In this document: one piece after another, positions 24,911-37,303 of the stretch
Position numbering within the stretch: the first letter of the stretch is position 1
Layout: each line of letters starts with the position of its first letter
Source of the DNA: Haliotis rufescens
Lineage: Eukaryota
Reading direction: 5' to 3'
DNA: 64,000 nt
Assembly: GCF_023055435.1 (NCBI RefSeq)
Contig: NW_025963791.1
Coordinates: forward strand, 2,604,001-2,668,000
The notes under the pieces: model-generated
Database searches by the model: none
What the model was told of the DNA's origin: nothing
Seen by the model: the letters and a program-made list of their open reading frames with translations, nothing else
Made by a program: the position numbers and the translations under genes

Positions 24911-27900
24911 GCATTTGTGTGACTGTGTTCACGGGCAAAAGTTCTATCAGTGGCACCAAGGGTATGTACTTAATTTGCTTTTAATTGTTGTAAAATAGAA
25001 AAATATACTTGGGTGTTATATTGATTGCAAGGTTTGTGTGGAGCTGGGGAGGGGATTGTAAGTTGTGTTTGTTTGTTGTTTAACGCCGCAATCAGCAATA
25101 TTCCAGCTATATGATGGCGGTCTGTAAATAATCGAGTTTGGACCTGACAATCCAATGATTTTAATATCATTAACATCGATCTACGCAATTGGGATACGAT
25201 GACATGCATCCACTAAGTCAGCGAGCCTGACCAGCCTGTCCAGTTAGTCGCCTCTTACGACAAGCATGAGTTGCTGAAGACCAATTCTAACACGGATCTT
25301 CAGGGGTTTGTGTGTGCGTATGTGAGTAACAATATTGGGATAGATTGTGGTACAGTTCTTGTCATACCTTTGTCATTGTGTGCATAATATATATTGTATT
25401 CAGTGATTACCATGTAATGTTACTTATGATAATGATTTCTTTATATGCCCTTAGTGCATTTAGTGTTTAAATTATGATGGAAAACCCTTTTTCTAAAATA
25501 TATTTTTCATGTAATCATTTCATGCAATAAATACAGTCCCTTATATACATTATAATGTATTCATAAACTTGCCATGCATCATAAACTGCCGAGGAAAAGA
25601 AAGTATACATAGTGACAACAAAATATTACTCACGTTATCAAACGTAAGAGCAGTCCCCGAAACACTACGAACCTAAAGTCTAAAACAAAACTATTAAATC
25701 TGTATCAAATACATCCATATCGGCATCGAAATAACATTTCTTGTTTGTTGTATTTAAGCCACCAAACGTGTGTATGTACTTTGTTTTCCCCGGCAGTTTA
25801 TGTTGTATGTAACATAGAAATAATGTAGGTACCAAGGAGTTGTTGTTAACACGTGTTGCAGATGCTGCACTGCCATGGGACTGACTAAGCCTGTTCTGTA
25901 CATCGTCCTCGTCACATTACATCTCCTTGTATGTAGTCACGGTATTGTATCGTGTACTTTTACAGCGAAACCCCGTTAATACGAACTGTGGTTGAAATTG
26001 TCCTGATTAACAAATTGCCAAATTAACGAATAAAGGGTTCTACTGACCTGTAGGCAGTATTTTATTGTACGATTGTACTGTGTGCAGTATTTTATTGTAC
26101 AACGATCACGAGTTGTTTAGTTCGTATATGAGGTATTAACATTATGTACAGCCTCTTCAATGATATTAAAAAATGTGCAAACTTTGAAAATATGAACCCG
26201 TATTTAAATAATGATGAATACAATTCGATCTCGGTAATGAGCACAAGTCCTTTTTATGAACAGGGGAGTGAAGTTTGGTATTTCCCGGATATTCTCACAA
26301 TTGTCACGGCGACTATCTGTACCTTTTCTCCCCATACCGATTGCCATATCGCTTCCACGTTTGGATGCGGTCGTTCGGCCATTGCGTTTATATGAGTTGT
26401 CCAGCTACATCTATGGGGAACAACTACGCATTAGCCACTTCCTTCTAAAAAATAACTTCGTCCAATCTTCGACGTCATCAAGTTGCGAGCCCCAGAAATG
26501 ACGTCATGATAGAACTGTTTTATCGTGAAATAAAATATGCTTCGTTCTATTTGCGATTTTTCGCGTACCTAATGTTAAATTAAAACATACTGTGTTTTCA
26601 ATGTACATGTAGAGCTTGGTTAACGAGCTTTATTGAATTCGCAACCGGACATGCAGAGTGAAGCTCGGTTAAATCTACAGGAAACCTATCTCTATATTTA
26701 CATCTTAAAGTTACCATGGCAACAGTAAACGCGAACTCTTTCGTGGATACAAAGATATTGAGAGAAGCGGCATGGGTTGTGCCTATTGTTTTGAGTAGGT
26801 TATTGATCTCAATTAAGGAAACACCGATAATAGTCTTTTAAACTGACACGCGCTCATCCGATCAGTTTCAGATGGCGGCGTGTCTACTGAATGGCACAAC
26901 ACGCATTTTACCAGTTTCAAACTCAGCTGACATCGTTCCCATAACCAGGGTTACAGTAGCCGATGCCACAAGTCTTCATAAACAACAGCTAAAACATCTG
27001 GCAACCAAGGCCAATTCTACTGGCGTAAAACCTCCCCTTAAGTTTCCCCCCAAAACGAGATCAAAAGGGCTGGCGTCGTTAGCTTCTTCGCGGAAAACAG
27101 AACATGAGGTGAGTGCTTATACATAAGTGACATCCGGCATCTGCTTGTCTGGATCCAAGACCAACTTCCATCGTTCAGTCCCAATGAACAGTGGATGTTT
27201 ACATGACTAAAGTATTGACAGATCTATATGGTGAGTGACTATGGTCTCTACGTCCTTTCCAGCAGAGTTCAACCGACATCACAACGACAGCCACAAGCAC
27301 TGTGCCTATATATTGTAATAAATGGGATTCGAACACGGATCGTCGGCTTGACGAGCGAACGCGTACGTAGGCTTTCACTACTCGGCCACAGCACCACCAG
27401 CATGTCCTGGGGTGGGCTTATTAAAAATGATATAAAATTTATAATCGTACATGTAAGTATTTGATAAATTCGTGAACAGTTTGTAGTGTTATGCAGATAT
27501 GCTAAAAACTGATGTCATTTATTGAGGAATATCATCATATATCAATAATATCTATTGATATCAAACCCCCTCCGTGGTCTTGTGGTAGAGCGTCCGCCCG
27601 GAGAACGGAAGGTCCAGGGTTCGATCCCGGGCCGCGTCATACAAAAAGACGTTAAAAGATTGTACTTGTTGTTACCCTGTCTGGCGCTCGGCATTAAGGG
27701 GCTAAAACAAGGACTGGTCGGCTCGGAGTCAGTATACTGTGTCTGAGTGGGGTATTCATGTTAAACTGCGGCATGGTATCTCAGTGAGCTAGCACTATAA
27801 ATCGGCATCAGTCCGGACTAGTACAAGCAGCCACACACACACATACACGTGCATGCACGTCGCTATATAAGTGCAATAATCTTGGACGCGACGTTAAACC

Positions 27901-29760
27901 CAATTTCACCTCACCTCACCTATTGATATCAAACGATTTCGTGTGACATTGAAAACAACCTACTACGACAATATTAGTCGGTTGTATAGTAAATTTACAT
28001 ACATCTTTCTCTTCCTCGACAGTACGGAAATGTCCCCAACCAGTCTCTTGTCGTTGGGCTTGTATTCGGCGTGTTGTCTATAGTGGGGATTATCATCGGA
28101 ATACTTGTCATAAAATTGTGAGTCATTATTTGTATTGGTACCATTATATAATATATTGTTAATATAAACTGACGGCCAAAAAAATGAAATTGCAAAAATT
28201 GAAAAACAAAGGGTTTTTTTTAAAATGCGAAAAACTGAAAAACACATGCCGCTTGGGCAGCCGGAACTGCACGCTCCCCAGACATGTCCCCCAGGGACAC
28301 CTCCGGGACATCATGGATAGTCGTGTTCGACAGCGACCACATCCTCCAGCTAAACCGATAAGAACTGATCCAGGCCTCCAAGAAGAATAGCGACGAATCT
28401 CACGTGACGCCATCAGACGACTGACGTTTTCTGTGCGCCGGAGAGTTTTTGCGTACACGCGTACACGCTATTAATGTGACGTGTAATTGACCTTTTGAAT
28501 GTGTGTGCCCTGTGTGCATTAGGTTGAAAGCTTGTTTTTGCTACCCTATCTCAATTCGGGCAACTGTCGTGCCAATATCGGATGATGTATGACTGTCATT
28601 TTAACTGACTGATTTCGTTGAGATTCTGATTTTTCCATACATTTTACTTCATGCATTCATCTTTTGTGGTTTTTAAACTTGAGTGATTTCAAACTATGGT
28701 AAAGTTTCTTTTGGCCGTCAGTTTCTTTTTCATTGTTTCTGAGACCCGTGAAGATTCGGGGTAGAATAGGTCTTCAACAACCCATGCTTGCCATAAATGG
28801 TGACTATGCTTGTCGTAAGAGCCGACTAACGGAATCGGGTGGTCAGGCTCGCTGACTTGATTGATGCATGTCATCGATCCCAATTGCGTAGATCGATGCT
28901 CATGATATCGATCACTGTATTGTCTGGTCCAGACATTATTGTTTACAGACCGCCGTCATATAGCTGAAATAGCTGATTGTGGATTTCTATACTGTGTGAT
29001 CAATATCACGCAGACCAAAGACCTGTTACCTCATTGGTAAAACCCAGAATCGCTTATGTATTGTACTTTGTCCAAGAAAACATACATTGTGGTTTCTTGA
29101 GTTTCAGAACATACAAATAGCTCATCTCTATCAATATCGGGGGTATGGATGGCCAAGTCGCCAAATGTAAACACATTTCTGTGCAGCTTTCCTTCCCTTA
29201 GTCGTGCCAGGATTCTATAATTCGAGTCCTGGATTAGCTCAGATTATAATCCTTGTTTGTCAGCATGAAAGCGGTAAACGTCTTAGACCTGCATCATACC
29301 GACATATTGTTCAGAGCGTTGAGCAAAACTGAACATTAATAGTCCCTTAACTCTAATTTGCCACACCAGAAAGTCTGCCTGTGGTGCATGTAGCAGGATA
29401 CATATTTATTACACATGCCTCATATATTATTTCCCACAGGAGAGGGAAGATTACAACTATGCGTAGTTGCTATGCATAATTTATATGGAACGAGGGAAGA
29501 GTAGTGTGCTTGATTGGGGAGCAGTTCAAAAGTTCATGTGGGGTAAAATTCGGGTGATATGTTTTACATTAAGTTTTTTGGGGTTGTTTTTTTTTTTGGG
29601 GGGGGGGGGGGTCGGTGGGAATTGTAATACTAACACCATTTAAGGTGAGTGAGTGTCACATTTTGTTATCATATGTACCTATGTCTCATGTTTCAGTCGC
29701 ATTCATAAGGTATCACCTGTGGCTGCAGCGAGACCTGGCTCTAGTAAAGGGGAGGAATAA
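24911..29760 (+). CDS. Tentative orphan single-pass membrane protein (5' end unresolved)
   Basis: Phase-compatible exons 24911-24961 (HLCDCVHGQKFYQWHQG), 25862-25928 (CCTAMGLTKPVLYIVLVTLHLL), 26872-27108 (MAACLLNGTT...KTEHE, donor GTGAGT), 29440-29462 (weak donor GTAGTT), 29697-29760 (RIHKVSPVAAARPGSSKGEE*). No homology recognised. Confidence 0.45.
25064..25308 (-). mobile_element. S2 retroposon copy
   Basis: Near-consensus full-length match to the other S2 copies. Confidence 0.85.
26710..26723. promoter_or_regulatory. RFX X-box motif
   Basis: GTTACCATGGCAAC matches the GTTNCCATGGNAAC consensus; followed by forkhead-like GTAAAC; about 150 bp upstream of ATG 26872. Confidence 0.55.
27567..27920 (+). 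mobile_element. tRNA-derived SINE family S1 (Meta-domain-like core), full length
   Basis: A box GTGGTCTTGTGG, B box GGTTCGATCCC, (CACCT)n tail, 14-bp TSD TATTGATATCAAAC at 27553-27566 and 27921-27934. Confidence 0.92.
28166..28724 (+). mobile_element. Internally deleted Tc1 derivative retaining both TIRs
   Basis: AAACTGACGGCCAAAA (28166-28181) and TTTTGGCCGTCAGTTT (28709-28724); internal remnants ARSPDMSP, DIMDSRVRQRPHPP, RRISRDAIRRL, TRY*. Confidence 0.85.
28743..28981 (+). mobile_element. S2 retroposon copy
   Basis: Starts GACCCGTGAAGATTCGGGGTAGAATAGGTCTTCA; duplicated hairpin module. Confidence 0.85.
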
Positions 29761-30569
29761 CTACACGAGGCGCCATGGTAGATCCTTTGTGGACGGTCTC
29801 TGTGTGTTTTGTATAAAATCTCAAATCACTGGGAAAGGGGAGCTTAATCGCAACATTTACCCTCCACTCTATGGTGTCACCTACATTTCTTCCAGAGGCT
29901 CCCGTCTTAGTGATACTATGACAGTCATCTTCAGTACCAAAACCGAATTCATTTGCCATTATCGAGACATTTCCGCGGATACTGAAGTGACATGTGGTAC
30001 AGACTGTGCTCTGAGCTGTAGGCGTTACATGGACAATGAACCTAACATTTTAAAATTGATTTGATCTTTGCACTTTCGTAATAATATATAATAATGTCCT
30101 AGCTCTGTTGTTGCATTGACCTTTCTTTGAAGATCCCTTTAGATGTTCAGTTACTGGACCAAACTTGCTCATTGTGAATGATGTGTTACAATTTGTTAAC
30201 GAGAGATTATTTATATCCCCTTTTGTATATCAATATGACGTGGTGGCGTTTGTTTGTTGACACTTTTGCATTGTTCTTTTGTGGGCAGTAATTCCACTTG
30301 CTGCTACATTCGTCTTCTGGATAATTGGTAGGAGGTTTGGCGGGGGTTGTTTCGCGGGTTATGGTGGGGCCAGAGGCGCCGGCAGTCGCGTCCGAGAATT
30401 CTATGACCGTCGTTCGAATCCCTTATTCGTCCTCTTTAAAATTGTGGGGTTTCCAGTAAAGAGGTAGAGGGCAAAGAAGTGAACTTCAACCGACAATAAG
30501 CTGGCAGGGCGTGATATAACTGATATATTGTATTTGACATATCTATTTTATTTGTGTCTGTGGGGCTAG

Positions 30570-30809
30570 TGTTTGTTGTTTTTGTTTAACGCCGCACTTA
30601 GCAATATTCCAGGTATATGACGGCGTTCTGTAATTGATCGAGACTGTACCAGACAATCCAGTTATTTGCTTCATGAGCATTGATCCACGCAACTGGATAC
30701 GATGAGCCTGACCACCCGATCCCGTTAGTCGCCTCTTGCGACACACATAGTCGACTTTTACGTCAAGCATGGGTTGCTAAAGGCCTATTCTAACCCGGAT
30801 CTTCACGGA
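30570..30809 (-). mobile_element. S2 retroposon copy
   Basis: Matches S2; further S2 fragments at about 30895-31085 and 31380-31512. Confidence 0.8.
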
Positions 30810-31540
30810 TTGAAATAACATTGAGACGAAAATGACAGATTTAGATTTTTATTTCTATTTATATATCTAGATCTGCTATTTATATACTAGTAGCATGACA
30901 TGCATGAACCAAGTCAGCGCGTCTGATCATCCGATCCCGTTAGTCGCCTCTTACGACAAGCATAGTCATCTCTTAGGGACCGTCCACTTGATATTCGAGC
31001 CTCACCCCACCCTCCGAAATATCAAATGGTAGGTCCATTACGACAACAATCATGGGTTACCGAAATTAACTCTAACCCGGGTGTGGGGCTACTGGGCTGA
31101 CGCTTGCTTCATAAGCTTTCCTTGTTAGAATCTTCACCGAATCTTCTCTATAACTGTAATAAAGAGTTGAGCATCGTGTCATTGGTTAGCTACTTTGTAC
31201 ATGTATGTATTATTCTCAGTATAAAAAGTTTTACTTTGAGCAATGCTTTATTATCATAGTGTATACTCCCTGGGAAGCTGACATTTGAGAACACTCTGAT
31301 TAAATGGTAATAATGTAGCCCTGTGAGGGTTCGTTCAGGCGAGTAACTTGGCGCTTTAGAAGTGTACTCATTATTGCTTTGTTGATTCGTTTGTTCTTTT
31401 ACGCCGCACCCAGCAATATTCCAGGTATGTGGCAGCGGTCTATAAATAACTGAGTCTGGACCAGACAATCCAATGATTGGCACTGATCCACGTAGTTAAC
31501 ATGGCCACCCGATTCATTGAGTTGTCAGGCACCCGAACTC

Positions 31541-32021
31541 GACTCTCCACATGGATACAATGTGTGAAGCCCATTTCCGGGTCAGGCCCGTGTTCGATTC
31601 TCCACATGGGTACAATGTGTGAAGCCCATTTCTGGTGCAGGCCCGTGTTCGATTCTCCACATGGGTACAATGTGTGAAGCCCATTTCTGGTGCAGGCCCG
31701 TGTTCGATTCTCCACATGGATACAATGTGTGAAGCCCATTTCCGGGTCAGGCCCGTGTTCGATTCTCCACATGGATACAATGTGTGAAGCCCATTTCTGG
31801 TGCAGGCCCGTGTTCGATTCTCCACATGGGTACAATGCGTGAAGCCCATTTCTGGTGCAAGCCCGTGTTCGATTCTCCACATGGATACAATGTGTGAAGC
31901 CCATTTCTGGTGCAGGCCCGTGTTCGATTCTCCACATGGGTACAATGTGTGAAGCCCATTTCTGGTGCAGGCCCGTGTTCGATTCTCCACATGGGTACAA
32001 TGCGTGAAGCCCATTTCTGGT
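31541..32021 (+). repeat. 55-bp tandem array (about 8.7 units) derived from SINE S4
   Basis: Unit GATTCTCCACATGGGTACAATGTGTGAAGCCCATTTCTGGTGCAGGCCCGTGTTC, followed by a normal SINE tail at about 32022-32077. Confidence 0.95.
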
Positions 32022-32514
32022 GGTGTCGAGATGTGATGTTGGAATATTGCTGAAAACGGCATAACCATATACTCATTCTAACATTAATACCACACTTCTA
32101 AAATATACTGCTTTACAATGCACGGTATATTTTGAGTGCATTGAAAAAAATAATTATATTGATACTTGCCTGAAGATTAAGGTGACCGTGATCATATTGT
32201 CAAGTCAGGCTGACCTCCAGGCCGTGTTATGTCAAGAAACAGTTGGAGTGGCCGCGTGCCATAAGCTCATGACAATAATTGACATGTTTACAACATAGAG
32301 AAGCGGTTTCTCAGTGGCGCAGCAGCGTTGGGCTCTACCAAATCTCTCATAAATTGGGTCAGATCCTTCACGACCACGCCATTTTTCGATGTGGTCGTTT
32401 TGAAACCACAATTTGTTTAGATTCCCCCCGTTCATCTGACATGATTACAATTCTCAGGATTCCTAAATAAAGTGATGGGGGCATGGTTTATGTAAATGTT
32501 CATTAGAGTAGTAT

Positions 32515-32970
32515 CACTCACTCACTCACTCACTCAATCACTCACTCACTCAATCAATCACTCACTCAACCACTCACTCAACCACTCACTCACTCACTCA
32601 ACCACTCAACCACTCACTCACTCAACCACTCACTCACTCAACCACTCACTTACTCACTCAACCACTCACTCAACCACTCACTAACTCACTCAACCACTCA
32701 CTCAACCACTCACTCAAACACCCACCCATCCACTCACTCACTCACTCACTCACTCACTCAATCAATCACTCACTCAACCACTCAACCACTCAACCACTCA
32801 ACCACTCACTCAACCACTCACTAACTCACTCAACCACTCACTCACTCAACCACTCACTTACTCACTCAACCACTCACTCAACCACTCACTAACTCACTCA
32901 ACCACTCACTCAACCACTCACTCAAACACCCACCCATCCACTCACTCACTCACTCACTCACTCACTCAAC
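32515..32970. repeat. (CACT/CAAC)n compound microsatellite
   Basis: Read directly. Confidence 0.95.
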
Positions 32971-33889
32971 ACTATACCGAATGAAAACAGATGCGGTACC
33001 TTACATATTTTTAGGACGCTTCATGTGATATTCCTATAACGATCACCTCAGACGCCTAAGTTGCCAAGAAAGCATGACGTACATGCATGCATTGGATGGA
33101 AATTACAACTTCCCACATGCCTCGCCGTCTGTAAATAATGATTATAACAACAAGCTCACATCGGCCTTCACTCACTGCACGAAATGTCTACCGTATAATC
33201 TTTCGACGGATAATTGTTACAGTAATTTTCGTTTACATGCATTTTAGTCATAAATAATTTTAATTATAACAGCCGAACCTATTTTCCATTGCTATTTATC
33301 ATGCGAATAATTTCCATGATAACAATAATTAAATAGTAAAGTGCTCGTAATATGCACGTAATTATTTATAAATGTGTGTGTCAAATTGCATATGTCAATC
33401 ATATGTAACTATATAATGAGAATCTTCATTTGTTTACTGGATAATATATTATTACATTGAACTACATCTCGTACATTTGATATATGAACATATTACGAAG
33501 ACATTATGAAATATGAAAGAAATAGAAGCCTGTTTAATCAAATTATTTAAACGTCAGATAATTAATGAGCATCTTAATCTTTAACTTATAAAGCATTATG
33601 GCAAGGATTAAATAACCCTTTGAGACCCAGTGTGCGATGTCAGGTGAGAGAGTGTCCAGTTGAGATATAGAGCTTGTCCGCCCGGACAAACTCTTTCTCC
33701 TCGAAAGAGCAACAGATCGGCGCCGGACGGCTTGTACGATGTATAAAGATGTGTTGAGATCCTGAACACAAACCGAAGCCCGTTCCTTGTCCCATAACTT
33801 TGACGCGTTTGAACATGTTTTAAATATAAACGAGTTTAGATTATGGTGATTTTGTGTTTAGGTACTGTTTAGGCAGTGCGACGATAGCA

Positions 33890-33974
33890 ATCTTCCTGAG
33901 GCAATGGAGTTAACTGACTATAAAAGTGAAAACTGGACTTGTATAGTCAGTTAACGCCCTTGCCTCGGGAAGAT
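33890..33974. mobile_element. Small foldback MITE
   Basis: ATCTTCCTGAGGCAATGGAGTTAACTGACTATA inverted; the same end recurs at about 389-419 and 4856-4888. Confidence 0.7.
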
Positions 33975-34315
33975 GGACGATAGTTCATTTCATGGGTTCA
34001 TGTGATGGAAATTATACAAACGGATGACACCAGATATTCACTAAAAGGGTAAGGATATCCTGCTTTGTCGGTAACACCGACCACACACACAATTTTGATA
34101 TTAAAAAGATTAAGTGAGTTGGGAGGAATGAAAATACCATATGAAGACTCCTAAGATGGGACAGTATCGCGCATCATGTTGACAAGTGCCGTGTCATAGA
34201 TTTAGTCACATAATCTGAAGCCTATCGTGAAGTAAGGGTGTTCCAACACCAAGCATGACGTTTTGAAAACACAAATAACATGCCCGTCTCCAATTCAGTC
34301 CGTTCACAAAGCATA

Positions 34316-34419
34316 CAGTCGAACCTCGTTGTGTCGAAGTTGGATGTGTCGAAAGTCCCCCTGATGTCTCGAACCAAGGTTAACTCGAACTGTTTTCCAT
34401 GTCCCCACGAGTTCGACTG
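34316..34419. mobile_element. pogo/Tigger-like MITE
   Basis: TA-CAGTCGAAC ... GTTCGACTG-TA, with internal TCGAA repeats. Confidence 0.75.
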
Positions 34420-37028
34420 TACTTCTGATGAACGTATGTAGTGTGTTAGACATTGTGATGTTAACGGTATCTAGACTGAGGAGCAAATGAAACTATACCT
34501 CACAGTTGATTTTATTATATGTTTCATATTTAATTGAAAATATCTTACATTATATCCAATAAATGCACTGTACTGGCGCTTACTCAGGACGCAAAGATTA
34601 CTAGTCTTCTAATAATTTGATTAACAACTTTTGATAATTACTTTGTTTTCGCATTATACACAACTGCTGATGGGTATGTTATCATATCTTCGAAAATTAT
34701 AAATTTCCTTTTTTTCGGCCCAAATTTACAATATTTTAAACATGGCAAGGGTCATGAGGTCATTGGGTTGAAAGTTCATTTCTTTGCCAAGTCTTCATTG
34801 AACTAATATATGTTTTCACAAAGTACCCAGTAAGCAATCACTGTTGCAGGAATGAGTGATGATTAAATAGACACAATCAGATTTAACAACGGTCTGTTTC
34901 AGTTTTCAATTACATAAAAACAAACTCGGCTTATTTTCTTTTGCCTCTCAGTTATCAGTGATTAGATATTTTGTTTGATCGTGTTAATATGTAGACTGCC
35001 ATAAGATTCCATACATAAAAAACGACAATACCATACCATTCCCTCCATTCAGACAGTCACTGAATCTATTGTTAATGACATTATCAATTACTGATGATAC
35101 CATGGCCAGGTATTCGCGAAAAGGTTAGCATATCCTGCCCTACCGGTGTCACCCGTCACTAACACACGCAAAGGCAGGTTTGGTTGTTACCTGGCCAAGC
35201 CAGTAACATGTGGTTCAAGCTAAAATAGGAAAATTACATCCGACATCATTATGGTCACTGATGCATCAAATCAGAGACCAAGTAATAGATTATGGTCTCT
35301 GGTCAAATTAAGAAAGCATGAGATGTATTTTCTTACCCGAACCTGCTTTCACCCTGTGACAATATGAGTGATATACCGCCAGTGTCAGGAAGCAATTTGT
35401 GATAATTACGAATGAAGACATTGCCCCCATCTGACTGTAATTCATCATACAGTTTCACCTTGTTAAAGCTAAGCTACCAGGCAAAGGAAAGAGAAAGATA
35501 TATTTGATGATGGCTAAAAATGAAACAACAAGAAATTCTTACTTGTCATGTATTTAACACGGGTATTGTAGTTGTGTTTTGACCCTTAAAGTTTGCATTG
35601 TTGCGGCGACTGTTTTCAGCCAAGTAACGTTTTGATAACGTTTGTAAGACTTTAGTCAAATCCAATTTTTAAGTGTATACTTTCTTTTGCTCGGAAGTTT
35701 ATTGACAGTTTCATCTTCCCAAACTTCAGGCAATACCGAATCAATCATTCGTTTTTCATCCCGCCTATCCATTGGATGGCACAATTTTATTGTCCCCTAG
35801 TATTTGCACATAACGAAATTCGCTACATGTGTTCTCTTCGAAATCCCTCCTACATGCAACTCTGAATCATATCCATCGATGGTTAATGTTCACGGATGAC
35901 TTAAACGGATTTGTTTAATGTATGATATACAATGACTACTTGTTCCAGTTTATCAGATTTTATGAAAATAGGATTATTCACTTATTGTGGCCTAGCTGGC
36001 CTAATCATGTAAAAAGCAGATGAGGTCATCTGTAAAAAGTTCATGTACGACCAAGATGAATACACGAATCAACACCCGCATCGGTGATGTGGATTACAGC
36101 AATTAGCATCGTTTATATCAGCTGTGTTTTATACTTGTTAGGACGATATGTGTCCCAGACTCTTGTATCTCATTGGATGGCACCAGCGTGTGAACTGTTC
36201 AAGCAAACAATACTGGTAATATCGTTACCAATAATCGAATAAATTGAATATAAAACTATGCAGTGAAATCCGTTCATTTGTCAAACCCTCGTTGACAATC
36301 GTTAAGAGAAAGAGAAATCTAACATGTGACTGAGTGAATGAGTGGGTGAGTGGGTGAGTGAGTGAGAGTGGCTTGACGCCATTGAACAATGTGTCATTCA
36401 CACGGAGTGGCAGCTTCTTGTGGTAGGAAAGATCGAAGTGATTTCTTACATGTGAGACAAATATCACCTTGGAAAACGGGTACAGTGCTGATAGAGACCA
36501 TGAGTAGAGCGCATCTGTGTTTCTAACTAATGATCATAGGATACTGGCACTCCTAAGGAAAGCAACTCTATGCCAGTAGTTTTGGCGTCAGACGAATGGG
36601 CCGCATCGAATCAAATAGTCGAAGCTATGAGGATCCTGGTACTGCAGAAAATTGATCGTGATATAGCTTCATTGTGTTGTGTCACTATAGACCACTAGAC
36701 CACCAGTATAATGGTATTTTAAGAAAAATGGTAAAATAATAATGCTGTTCATACATGTATGGTTAAACGTGCTTATTTTGCAAAATCGAAATGGACTGGC
36801 AATGAATGATTTTGATTTGTTTAAATACCGCTCAAATACAATATATTTATATGTACAAGTTTATGCACAATGGTGTTATGGCAAGCATGTTCAAGCCTAC
36901 ATTCAGATACTATAGTTCAATCAAGAGCTAACAATGCATCCTAAATGTGCAAGATTAATAGACCAATTAATAGACCGTAGTTGGTAAATTAAATCTAACG
37001 TCAGCTCTAATGATGCACAGGGGGGCAC

Positions 37029-37303
37029 GGGGGGGGCCCAGTCGTCTAAGGCGCCGCGATTCGCTGTACAGAGTTGCGTCCCTTGGGCACGCCAGAAACC
37101 TATGATTGTGGGTTCGAATCCCGGTTCGACCCGATTATGTTTCTAGGTTTGTCAGCACCATACCCGTGCTCGTGGGTTTCACCGAAGTGGTAAACGTCTG
37201 AGACCTGCATTACTTCGAGCTTTCCTCCCACATTAAGCTGACACGCCGCGATGTAACTGGAATATTGTTAAAAGCGGCGTTAAACCCAACTCACTCACTC
37301 ACT
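37029..37303 (+). mobile_element. tRNA(Leu)-like SINE family S3
   Basis: GGCCCAGTCGTCTAAGGCGCC...GTGGGTTCGAATCCC head, (CACT)n tail. Other copies at about 11530-11760-, 41135-41397+, 45545-45800-, 52000-52190-, 56160-56380+. Confidence 0.85.

Noticed and set aside
31541-32021. CRISPR-like array or repetitive 184-186 aa ORFs
   Set aside because: Contiguous units with no unique spacers, SINE-derived, eukaryotic context; the ORFs reflect a stop-free repeat.
35088-35200. Hammerhead ribozyme (CTGATGA...GAAA)
   Set aside because: No convincing flanking stems; looks like a decayed Penelope-like terminal segment also seen near 34020, 50913 and 63444.
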